The notes beneath the pieces were generated by a model, which saw only the letters and a list, made by a program, of their open reading frames with translations, did no database searches and was not told the origin of the DNA. DNA of 64,000 nt from Vicugna vicugna (taxonomy: Eukaryota), in NCBI GenBank assembly GCA_013265495.1, contig MU058687.1, forward strand, positions 4,090,093 through 4,154,092. The letters are read 5' to 3'. The translations under genes and the position numbers were made by a program. This document shows positions 36,295 through 47,542 of the stretch, piece after piece; position 1 is the first letter of the stretch; every line of letters starts with the position of its first letter.

Positions 36295-39200
36295 GCCTAG
36301 TTATGCTGCTTCTCATGCCTCGAGTTGTGAGGATCAAACAGGGTGGCCACTCACCCCAGGTGATCTTGGAATATTCTGGATTATCTGTGGTTCAGGTGAA
36401 TTATTAAAGTGTGATCTTTCACTCTCAAGAGTGGTGCTATATCTTGTTTTGGATATTTGTCATGTGAGGATTAAATAATTTTATGTGAAATACTAAGAAC
36501 AATGTCTAGCCCATAGAAGGCCCTCCATTAAGGTTAGTTGTTGCTACTTTCTTCTACTTCTATCATCATTGCCATCTCCCACAATCATCTACTATCATTG
36601 TCATTGCCACTGCCCACAGTCATCTCAAACATGGGAAGCTTAGAGCTGGGGGGTTAACTCAGGTTCTGTAAAGGTGTATCATGGGGCTGCCATTCCCCAT
36701 TTTCCCACCCATATTAGACATTGTTCATTGGTCACAGCACAGTAATCTCTCCTACTTTGTGTCCTAGGCAGCCACTCTTAATTGATCAAATTTGACATGT
36801 GAAATTATTTGCCATACCTAGTTTTATTGAATCTAAGAAATTCAAGATCCTAGTGTATATGGAGACTCTGAATTCAGGCTTAGCTTGTGGATTTCTTCCT
36901 TAATATATATGAAACTTATTTGATTCCTAATAGTGATAATGAACTTTGGACCTCTTTAGGCACCTTAAGTCCCCTTCCTGCAATATTCCTCTCTGCCCAT
37001 CTCTCTCTCATTTCTACCTCTAAAGTAACCTTAATTTATAATAGTTTCCTATTTTCTGCCTGTAATTTAATATCTCATCATAAAAGACCATTGAAATATT
37101 GTATAAATGGACAACATATGAAGAGGAGTGAGTTGTAATAGGAATTAGAGTTGAAACCTATGATCCAGGACTTAGGAAAGCTTTCTTTAAATATGATTTG
37201 TGTAACTGGTAGTGAAATTCATCTCAGGCTAGTTTTGTATGGCATAAGAGACATCTAGTGGTTATCTAGGTCTTTGCAAATTTACTAAAGATAATGGAAA
37301 TTCATGGGTGTAAGTACTGGGGCTAAGGACCATCATCTTGAAAGCCATCCCCCTGCCAAAAGGAGGTTGGCCTCGTTTGTTGCACAGTTCTTTATTTTGA
37401 AGTTAACAAATGGTAAAGAAACTTGTTCAGAAGAAAATCAACTTGAATCCTAGCATTTCTATCTATATTACTGTAAGTTTGAACCCAACTCTTATTTGCT
37501 GTCCTTTGCACAGGGTTGGAAAGGATTGTTATCAGGTACCAGCCAGCCTGGCATAATCTTTCTATCGCTTTTCTCACTTCTTTTGCTGATTGCAGAATGA
37601 CTCTTTGGGTCATTTTGAAAAGCCATCTGATTAGATCCTTCATTATACTAGAAGCAGAGCTGCCTAGCAGGCCGGACAAGAAATAGTTGATAATTGCTTC
37701 TAACAGACAGATTTCTTAAAGTTGGTTGGCTATCAGGAAGCCATACATCTCTGGCCCACGTGTGTTTTATATAAATGCGTGGGCCTCACACTGTAAGCGG
37801 GTGAACTGCAAAGCTCTTGTGTGAACTTGCCCTCTTAGCCCTGAGAGCCTTCCAGAAACTTGTGTGTTGGTCAGCAGCTCTTGGTATAATATGTCACTGT
37901 CCATGGTTCTGAACTCATTGCTTCCATTTTCTGAGCTGCATGGACTACTTGGCTTTCCTGATAGACTACTGTTGTTTCTAGCAAACTATGTTAGACTTCT
38001 TGATGGTTCTTTTTCATTGAATCTTTTTATAGTATTTTTCTCTTGCTCTTCTTCCTTTGGGCTTTTCATAAAATCTTTCTTCAAAAGCTGTTTGGCATTC
38101 CTATTTTAATCTGTATTTTTCAGTGGTTGTTAGCAGCCAGAAGTTGTTAGCTATCACCAAAGGCTTCACCGTTAGGGATTCATTATGCTTTTTTTTTTTT
38201 TGACTCTGGATACAGAGGATAAAGGCTCTGAGGTATTGTTTCAGAATCTGTTTTGCATGAGAGTCCAAGCTACATTGTCAAGAGGTGTGCAGTAGTCTCT
38301 TAGCACACTATAGAGTGGAGGCAGTGTTGGTGCTGAGCTTTGTCAGGCAGTCTCTTAGAGTATCTTGCTAGAATTTGTGATTGGGTTTTTTTGCTGCTGC
38401 TTCTGTTAGTGTTCTGCCAGGACACATAAACTAATGACAGCTACCACTCTAGGGTGCAGAACTTTCCATATTTATATCCTTAACATATAAACACATTTCC
38501 TAAGCATGCACACTAGGGAAGACAACTAAATGTTCAATGGCTCCATCAGATTATTTTTAATTGTGATACTGTATCTTCCTACATACTTATCCCATCGTTA
38601 ACTATCAAGCAGAATGAATATAGAGGCTTTTTCTGCATTATAGTCCTCACTAACTTAGGGGCATCAGAATGTAGCCTTTGTGATCTTCCTTGTCCTTCTT
38701 CCTCTCCATTCTTCCATGTCCTCCTAAAAACATACACTGACTTTGTGCCAGGCTTGGGGAGTCACAGAAGAAAAGCACAATTTATTCCACTTGAAAATCT
38801 CCCAGTCTACTGGGGGAAGACAGACAATTATAGTACAACTTGATAAATCTATGACAGTGGTTAGAACGTGGCGGCACGAGAGTTGGGAGGAGGAAATCAG
38901 CTGCAGATGGGAGTGGAATGGGCAAAAATGTTGGGAAAGGCTTCCAAAGTGGGTGATCCTTAAACTGTTAATGGTGAGCAGTAGTTTTTCAGATAAAAGA
39001 ATCCAGGTAAGCCTTATCCCGGGGATGATTTATTGGAAGAACTGCAGAACTTTGGCAAGGCTGGTGATGATGAGGAGGAGAAAGACCTTTATGTAATGCT
39101 TATAAGTTTGCATTTGATTCTGAAGTTGGTAGAGACCCATTGAAGGGTTTTAAGCAGGGAAAGACATGTTATCCCCAGGGAAAACAGTGAGATGATTAGT

Positions 39201-39488
39201 CATTTCTAGTCCTTAGAATAAAAGTAACAGTAGATTCCTAGTGATTCAGGAAGGCACCTTTTAAATTTTGTCACCTTTCTGATCAAACTGCTAAAGATTT
39301 CCTTTCTACTCTAATGGTTCCTTTTTTCCCCAGTTGCATAATGACTATATTTTTAGAGCTTTTCATAATCAGGTACCACTTACTCATCTGATCTTAGTTC
39401 CTCTGCTTTGTGACATGTAACTTTCACTGTAGGCAGTTCGGTGCCCTTATCAAATATTCTAAGGCAGGAGATGAAGGCATTCACTGGG

Positions 39489-39547
39489 TAGGTCTGTGTG
39501 GTACATACAAAAATGCTGGTTAGGTCTGTGTAATGCATACAAAAATG
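39489..39547. repeat. 32-bp-period tandem duplication (two copies)
   Basis: taggtctgtgtggtacatacaaaaatgc at 39489 and taggtctgtgtaatgcatacaaaaatgc at 39521. Confidence 0.9.
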
Positions 39548-41061
39548 CCAGAAGTTGGAGTGTATATTTGAGCCTCAACTGTGTGCCATACACTTTGCTA
39601 TATCCTGGGGATGCATTGGTTATGCCATCAGAAACATATAGACTCTGTGTTTATAAAGTCTAGAGGACTGTAACAGTGCCATTCCTGGAAAGAAGAGAGA
39701 AGAGAAATACAATCTAGGCCAAGTTTCTGATCACAGACCCTTGCACAGTTTGAGTTGCAAATATCCCATTCTGATATAAAACATAAATTACCCTCCAACA
39801 TTTCTGAGCATGTTGGTGCCAGAGATTATATCTCATCTTAATTTGGTGTCCTCTGTGGTCTGGAGCTACAGATATAGTGGTTATTTAACACATTTACATG
39901 GATTTTAATTTCTGATATTCTAGTGTAACTAGTCAATTTATATTTAAGTTGGCTTTTGTATTAGAGGATAACCAAAGCAGAGGTAGGTTCACCTCAAGTT
40001 CCAGGACTCAGTGACTGGTGGTAACTTCTTAGAGCACTGCCTTGAGAATTCTGAGGCTCCATCTGAGTTTAATGAGGAAGGGAGTAGAACAGAATTACAT
40101 CGATTGACAGCGAATGCCATCTTCCAGGAAGGAAGACTAGGGACATATATTTTCCGGCATGGCTCTAAGAGTTGGGAGAGTTTGCTATCCATCTACTGGA
40201 AAACTTTTCTAAGTCATCTAGAAACATTTATTTTTAAACTATCCATTGGCAAGGCCTGTCTTGGAGAACTGTGGCCCACAAATGCACATTCATGTCTTAT
40301 TTCTTTGGTTCTGATTATGCCAAGTCTTTGGTCTGTGCCAAGTTCTTGCTTCAACAGTTTAGTAAAAGCTTTAGTAGGCTCTGAGGATGATAAAGCCTGA
40401 ATTGGCAAATCTTATCTCTTGTGATAGATGAAATCTTTACAGTATCCTAAATGCCCCACAAAATTGATAGGCTGAAATTCTTTTCTCTGGAATACATGGA
40501 TATATTCTACTAAAAGGCTGATCAGGAACATAATATTCCTAAGAAAATTCTTCTTGAGAAGAATAAAATTGAAACTTTTATTGTGGTCATGCCAACAGTT
40601 GGAAGTCTTAAACTTCTTGTTGCTTCTACCTGTAGTTGAGTGCAAACTTATCTGATTACTTTTTCACAAAGAACCCATCAGGCAAGTCATGTTTATCTAA
40701 GTCTTGAGCATAAGTGGTGATGATTTGCATTATTAGTGAGGCTCTTGGGTTGGCACCCATAGCTTTTTAGTTCGAGGTCAGACCAATGGGTTGATCCACA
40801 ATGCTCATTCACAGTCAGTCACTCTCTGACCCACAGTGTTACATCACACAGCCTTTTTAAAGTTTAATTAATTTCAACATTCTATCACTGGTTTCAACTT
40901 TTTCTGGAGTATTTGTGACCTTTATTTTGAGCCTTAGAACTTAGACATTTTTTGGCTCCTTCCTTGCAAGTCTGACACTCAGTTCCCATTTACTATTGCT
41001 GGTACTTAGTTTTTATCTTTGGCAGATCCTGATCACTGAACGGAATGTAAAGCATAAAAAT

Positions 41062-41082
41062 GGTGCTGTCCGTGGTGAGCAG
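41062..41082 (-). promoter_or_regulatory. Candidate RE1/NRSE (REST) site
   Basis: The minus strand reads ctgctCACCACGGACAGCACC against the consensus TTCAGCACCACGGACAGCRCC. The last 16 positions match; the left end diverges. Confidence 0.5.
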
Positions 41083-41619
41083 GAGCTGGGACTCTGGGCC
41101 CCAGGTTGAATGTCAGCTGCAGCTCAGCAGGCAGAGTTTGTTTACTCTGACCCCTGTTAGCAAGACCATAGATGCAGATGTGGCCCCAGCCATGCCAAAT
41201 ATTAGGTTCTTCTGACTTTGGAAACTAAGAGGACCATCTGCTGCCACATTTGTTCTGGGACTTCACTGTTGGAATTTGGTCAGCGGTACACCATGATAGA
41301 AAATTGTGTTAATGATAATGAATCTTAAATCTGTGCAAGTATATGGGGGGGGGTGTGTGAGAGAGAGAGACAAAGGATGGCTGCCATTTAGGCATTCTCA
41401 CATATGAATGCCGCATTAGGCAATTACATATGTGTGATTCTTTACCTTTTATTTTCACTTCAGAATTTTAAACCCAGAGTCTCACTGGTCTCTGGAGTTG
41501 ACAGTTGGCTTAGAACTTATCTCCAGAGGGAATCTTTCCTTTTTAATGGCTCCATGTCAGGCTGTCCTGTCTGTTGATCTAGCTATGGCTTCTCACAGGA
41601 AATAACAGAATTAATAGTG

Positions 41620-41880
41620 ATGACTGCTACTTATTGAGCACTTACAAAGCACCAGGAACTGCGAAACTACCTCAGTATGTGATAATCTCACTTATTTCTT
41701 ACAATCCTGTGAAGTGAGACTTGCTGCCTACAGTCTAAAGGTGAAGAACCTGAGGCTGAAGCAAGTTAACTGTTCTGCCCAAGGTCACGTAGCCAGCAAG
41801 GGTGGAGCGGGACTCAGCCCCCACTGAGTGAGGCTGTGAAGTGTGTGGTCGGTCATCACCACTGCCCTGCACTGCCGCTG
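41620..41880. mobile_element. MIR SINE
   Basis: Contains ttattgagcacttac...aggtgaagaacctgaggct...tgcccaaggtcac. Confidence 0.72.
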
Positions 41881-44800
41881 GGGCCCAACACCTAATTTAA
41901 TGAAGATATGAGCATTTAAGCACCTGTACAACTAGGTGCTATTTCAGACTTTAAAGACTGTAATGCATATTTCTTGGCTAATAAGGTGTTTGTGGTCTAC
42001 TGAAAAGACCCGTGCTTATTCATAAATAACAAGATTGAATGTTCTGAGTGTGACAGATGAGTGGAGCAGACAGTTCATAGGAGGGAAAGTCACAGGAGAC
42101 CAGAGTCATCCGTTGCCGGAAGGCTGGAGGGGAAGTGGTGTAAAGAAAGTAGGATGTGTGATTCTGTGGCTACCCCAGAAGCAGAGTTCTTTCACAGTGC
42201 TTCTTATTTATTTACCCTGAGTAGGAATGTCACACGATAATAAGATTTGCCCCTAAATTTATCCAGAAGCTGCACATCCTGGAAGTTGAAGAGAAAAAGC
42301 TCATTTTGTGATTATCTACTGTCAAAGGATTAAATTTGGGTGGGGAGTCTTTGTCTATTGCTTGCTGAATGTAAACTGGTATAAGGGTATACCAGTAGAT
42401 ATAAAGTTGAAAGGCTTTACTGGGATTTGTTGTCAACACTGTTCCACATCAAGGCACCCTGACACTGGCTTTTCACCGCTCTGTGCCTCTAGTCTAGATG
42501 CTCCAGAGAATGTCTCCCAGCATCCTGGCTGCAAACATCCTCCACTGACCTGGAGCAGAGCAGTGGTCTCAAAGTCATGAGCCTGTAAATCCCGGCCCTA
42601 TAAGCTGATCCGGTGGTTTTTATTGAAATTGCCCTATGTGTAGACACATAGAGAATTAAAAGTGCTTTAAAAACAAGAGAAAAGGCCAGGTGGTAAACCT
42701 GTTCCTGGACAGGAGAAGCAGTACCATGAGGCCATCTGGGTGCTGCTGGGCACATGCCCACATTCCCCTGTTCTTCCTGGATCCCTTGCTGGGGTGCATA
42801 GGAATGTGGCATTTACAGCAGAACACGTGGACATACATTCTCAGAAAGCTGAGAACAGGGTGTCTGGGGATAAGGTGGAAGAGGGAGAAAGGTACTCCTA
42901 TGAACTGGGACAGCCTCTGCCCCTTAGATTCACAGTCATGGACCTACCATATGACTTGAGCACCATGGAAAGTTTAATGCAAAAAGCACGTCAGGGAGGT
43001 TAGAACAGTCTCTCCTTTTCCAATCAGGCCTAGTGGTTTGGGCATTAGGGCAGACAGCATCATTAGCATAAGCATTCTAAACTTATCAAATGGTGGGGAT
43101 GAGCAGGAACCAGAGTGATCAGAGAGGACCTGGAGTGGGTTTGGATGTGGATTCTGGTGAAGGGGCACCACTTGAAGAGGGTGGAGAGGAGAGGAAGGCA
43201 CTGTGCGTAGAAACCTGGTGAGCAGAGATGCAGAAGCCCTGACGCCTGAGTTCACACAGAGGCCTCCAAGGGGCCTCCGGACTGGGGAGGAATAGGAATC
43301 CGCTAGGGAGGGACACACCAGGTGTGAAGGACTTAGTGCATCAGGATGGAGCTGGGTGTGTTTTCTGTGCTTGGCTAAGGGGTTTCTGCTTTATGGGTAG
43401 GCTTGGGCTACTGGAGAGCTTAGAAATTGCCACCCTTGGAGCATAGCCCTGCCCCAGGGCAGTCAGAGATCTGGGTTCCAGTCTCGGGTATGCCCTTAAG
43501 GGGCTGTGTGGTCTTGGGCAAGTACCAGTCACCTCTGAGCCCCATTTCTGTAAAACGAGGCTGATGCTACCTATTTCACTTTCTTAAAGTGGATGATGTG
43601 CAACAGTGTTTTCAAAGTGTCTGACACATCGTATGCTCTTAACAGGTAGTAGCTGTTTTGAGTGCACTGGTCCTCTTGTCACAGCTTGCCCACACTTCTA
43701 GTATTGTACCTGTGTGCCTCTGTATCAAAGATGATGGAGACGAACAAGAGCAGTTGTTCTGAGAGGGTCTGTCTTAACCCTGAGGCTCTGTCCACAACTG
43801 TCTTGGCTTTCTAAGCATGAGCTGCATGTCCAAATAGCAGCCTTAACAAGCCTGTGAGTGGGGTGCAAAGACCGGCTTGCCACTCTTTCTGACTGTGCCT
43901 CTCAGGCAGTGTGACATCTCCCATAGGGAGCTGTTTCCACTTTGTCTTTAGTTGTTCCTTGTTGGGGCCACTTGTTAGCCAAGTCTGCTTTCTGTCACTT
44001 GCTGCCACTCTCTTCCTAGTTTAGTCATCAGCTGGGGACTTTGATTTAGCTGGAAGTCTGAGTTTATTGAAAATACTATACCAAGTACTGATTTGCCTTG
44101 TAAGGGGGGGTCCAGCAGGGCTTCTTGCCTCCATGCCCTGCTGAAGGGGCTGGTACCCTTCTGCATGGCCATGGCCCTGCACCAGGCAGGTGCATGGGCG
44201 GGTAAGGTGAACATGCCCACCATGGAGCTTCTCAGTTGAGTATCACTGAACTGCCTACCTATCACTTTCTTATTGGTAGGAGATTCTCAGCTGAATGTTA
44301 ATTAAGACCCTTGTCAGTTTCCAACAGTACCCCAATACTGAAACAAAATTGTGCTATTATTTTCTTCTTAGGTACCATTTAGGATTGCCTATGTTCTACC
44401 GTGTATAACAACCCATTTAATTCTGATAACAGCCCTGGGGGAAAAGGGAAGCAGTTCCTAGAATAGGTATTGAGTCTCCTGCCTTTGGAAATAAATAAAA
44501 TGGGACTCACAGAGGTTATTCAACTGTCAGAGGGAAAGGTATGGAAACTGCATATAAATAGACAGGTAATTTCAGGGTCATGGAGTAGATAGCTCACCTT
44601 CAAAGAGCTTTTGAGAGAAGTCTCTGTCCGGCTAATTTCTGGCCTTGATTCTCTTGTCTGTGTCTCCAGAGATCTGCATTCTGGTTATTCACTGTCTGTC
44701 CTGGTCTTGGTTACCTACCCTTCTCACAGAAGAATTCCTCTTCACAGGACCCTGCGTCCTTTTAAAAGGCCCTTTTCTTTCATTCCTTCTGCCTCCTATG

Positions 44801-45224
44801 GGGATGTTTAACCTCTTTTTCCATTTATTGTTCAATGGAGCTGGGCCTCAGAATGTCCCTTCGGGATGAGCTGCTGTTCTACATTAATAATTAACCTTTA
44901 CAAGTGCACTGGTCACGGGCATTTAACCCACATGTAGAGAAAACTGAAGTTTGGTTATGACAAAGATCTCACGTGTTGGGGAGTGGGAGTCGAGAAGCCG
45001 CCAGTTATTAAACTTTTATTGTTTCTTTTCTTGTTCGCTCACTTGAGTGATTGCCTAAGGATCTTGAAATCTTTTCTCTTCGCACATGGTCGGTCCAGTA
45101 GAGCTAAGATGAGAAATTACACTTTTGAATTGGAAAGTTGAATGTGCATGATTTTCTATGTATTAAAGATAAGCTTCGTGGGTGCTTCTAGTGGGACCTC
45201 ATTCTGAGTGTCCACAAGTGATAA

Positions 45225-45460
45225 AGCACATGCACTCTGGAGTCTAACTCCCTGGATTCAAGTCTTGCTTTGCCACTTACCTGCTGTGTGACCAAGGCTG
45301 GCTCCTTACTTACTCTCCCTGTCTGTTTCTGCATCTGTAATGTGGGAGAATGATGGGAGGTATCTCATGGGTGTTGTCAGGATCTCATGGGATGCTGGGC
45401 TTCAGATCCTTAGCATGGCACCTGGCAGTAGGTGCTCAGTGAATGTTGGTATTGTTATTA
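45225..45460. mobile_element. MIR SINE
   Basis: Contains ctctggagtc...ggattcaagtc...tgccacttacctgctgtgtgacc...catctgtaatgtggga...ggtgctcagtgaatg. Confidence 0.75.
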
Positions 45461-46379
45461 CTTTCAGTATTAACTATGGGTAGGCCCATGGTCAAGGTCA
45501 TGCAGTAGGTGAGACATTTTCAGTTCTTTATTATGAGTTACATATTAAAAGGCAAACATCTCTGCTTGATTCTCTCCTGGTGTTGGGGGAGAGACGGGAA
45601 GTGGTTCTACAGCTGAATGTTAGGGATTAAATAGTATATGCTGGAATGACTCATCTAGTTAACTTCTTGCCAGTGAGATAGATTGGAAGACTAGCACTTA
45701 AGTCTTGTTATTTTACTGCAGTGGAGATAAGACAACCTTCTCAGGGCTGTGGAAAGGATAAAACAGGTTAACAACAACTACCCCCAAAGAGCTGAGGTTT
45801 TTATGCCCATATTATGTGCCGTTTCTAAGTTCTTTCTGTGTATTATTTCATCCTTATGAAATAGTCTACTCCTACATTCCCAATTTCAGAATAGGAAGAA
45901 AACCAAGTAAGTTAAATAATTTTGTGAAGTTCACACAGTGTGGAAGCAATAGATGTGGGACTTGAACCTAAATTGGGCTCCTGACATAGAATTTGAACAA
46001 GACAATGTAAAGGACACAGCAGACTGGTTTGCGTAGTTAATACTCAAATGCTACCCTCTTTGCCTTCCATTTTTTCCTGTTTATTATTGTAGTATGGATG
46101 TGACATTGCTAAGAGATCAGAGGACAGAGGACAGAGACCCATCCCAGGACACTGCATCAAAATTCAGTTCTAGTAACAGTAAAACCTTTTTTGAAATTTT
46201 TAGTTTTGGAAAACAAGATTAGTCTCTGCTTTTATATGGATTATACCAAGTTTAGAAAGTCATAATAGATTTAAAAAAATGTTTTAGGGTGTTTCATTTT
46301 CTCACTATGTGTATATAGAGGACACATGCAATGTAAAACAACCCCCCCCAGATCTCCTTTCCCACCAATTCTTAATGCT

Positions 46380-46810
46380 CAATCATTTTCTTTAAAAAGA
46401 AAAATCGAACAATACATCACAGTATCATGAAAAGCAAGTCTCTCTCCACTCCTGAATATGAATCCCACAAATCCTCTTCCAAGTGAAGATTTTAGTTTCT
46501 TGTATTTACTTCCAAAAATGTTTTATGTGTGTACAGGCATGCGTACATATAACACACACTTCCCATTGCACATACACTTTGTACCACAACAGTGTAATCG
46601 ATTGGTTCCCTGGTAATTTCACTTAACAGTATTACTTAGAGTGTACATGTTGAGACCAGGAGCACTACCGTATTTTTAAGGGATGCATAATATTCCATTA
46701 TAAGGATGTGCCAGTCTGTTACTGATGGTCATTTAGATTGTTTCTGGTCTTTTACTGAGGACACTGTAGTAAATAACTTTGTATGTAATTATTATTGGTG
46801 TCTGTGCAAC
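46380..46810 (-). mobile_element. Ancient L1 (L1ME-like) 3' fragment
   Basis: Contains tgcataatattccattataaggatgtgcca...ctgatggtcatttagattgtttc. Confidence 0.55.
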
Positions 46811-47103
46811 TCAGTCTCTTTTGATTTCTACTTGCAAGCTTGTATAACTTTTTGGCAATCCAAACGGCCAGAAGGAGACAGAGAAAAAGAATATAATGGA
46901 AATATATGGGCTTATTCAGGGCTTATGTGCACCTCAGTGGTCTCTGCAGATGCTTTTTCAAGTGCTGTGTATTTTTCTTATACTGTTTCAGACGATTATG
47001 TCCTGAAGCCTCTTCTTGAGCTTTTTTCCTGGGTGCCCAGTAAGCGATGGATGGTTACTCTTTGCAAGATTGATTCATATGGCACTTGTTTGGCTTTTGA
47101 CAG

Positions 47104-47542
47104 GTTGTATATAAGAATAATGACATCCGTCTGGAGCTGTCTCGCTTGGCCCGCATTGGGGACACCAAGATGAAAATCTATGGTGAAGTTGTTTTCAAGT
47201 GTGAGAATGTGGCCACACTGGACCCCATCAACTTTGAGACCCCGGAGGCTTACATCAGCTTGCCCAAATGGAACACCAAACGCATGGGCTCCATCTCCTT
47301 TGACTTCCGCACCACTGAGCCCAATGGCCTGATTCTCTTCACTCATGGCAAGCCGCAAGAGAGGAAAGATGCTCGGAGCCAGAAGAACACCAAGGTGGAC
47401 TTCTTTGCTGTGGAACTCCTTGATGGCAACCTGTACCTGCTGCTTGACATGGGCTCAGGCACCATTAAAGTGAAAGCCACTCAGAAAAAAGCCAACGATG
47501 GAGAATGGTACCATGTGGACATTCAGCGAGATGGCAGATCAG
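47104..47542 (+). CDS. NRXN3: Neurexin-3 alpha internal coding exon (439 nt, phase 0 to 1): end of LNS2 and N-terminal part of LNS3
   Basis: The acceptor is ttttgacag|GTT and the donor TCAG|gtagga. It translates [75 protein letters not shown]...[10 protein letters not shown]. The residues [20 protein letters not shown] and [14 protein letters not shown] match recalled NRXN3 rather than NRXN1 or NRXN2. Confidence 0.97.

Noticed and set aside
33958..36300. Target-site duplication of the provirus
   Set aside because: The flanks ctctg and gccta do not match convincingly.
34078..36337. Similar minus-strand ORFs at 34078-34431 and 35976-36337 as paralogous genes
   Set aside because: The similarity comes from the two LTR copies, and the frames are not conserved between them.
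1..47103. Additional NRXN3 coding exons or micro-exons upstream (and downstream of 51836)
   Set aside because: I found no sequence for the expected flanking peptides (...NFMGCLKE, EASILSYDG...). Very small exons could be missed by eye.
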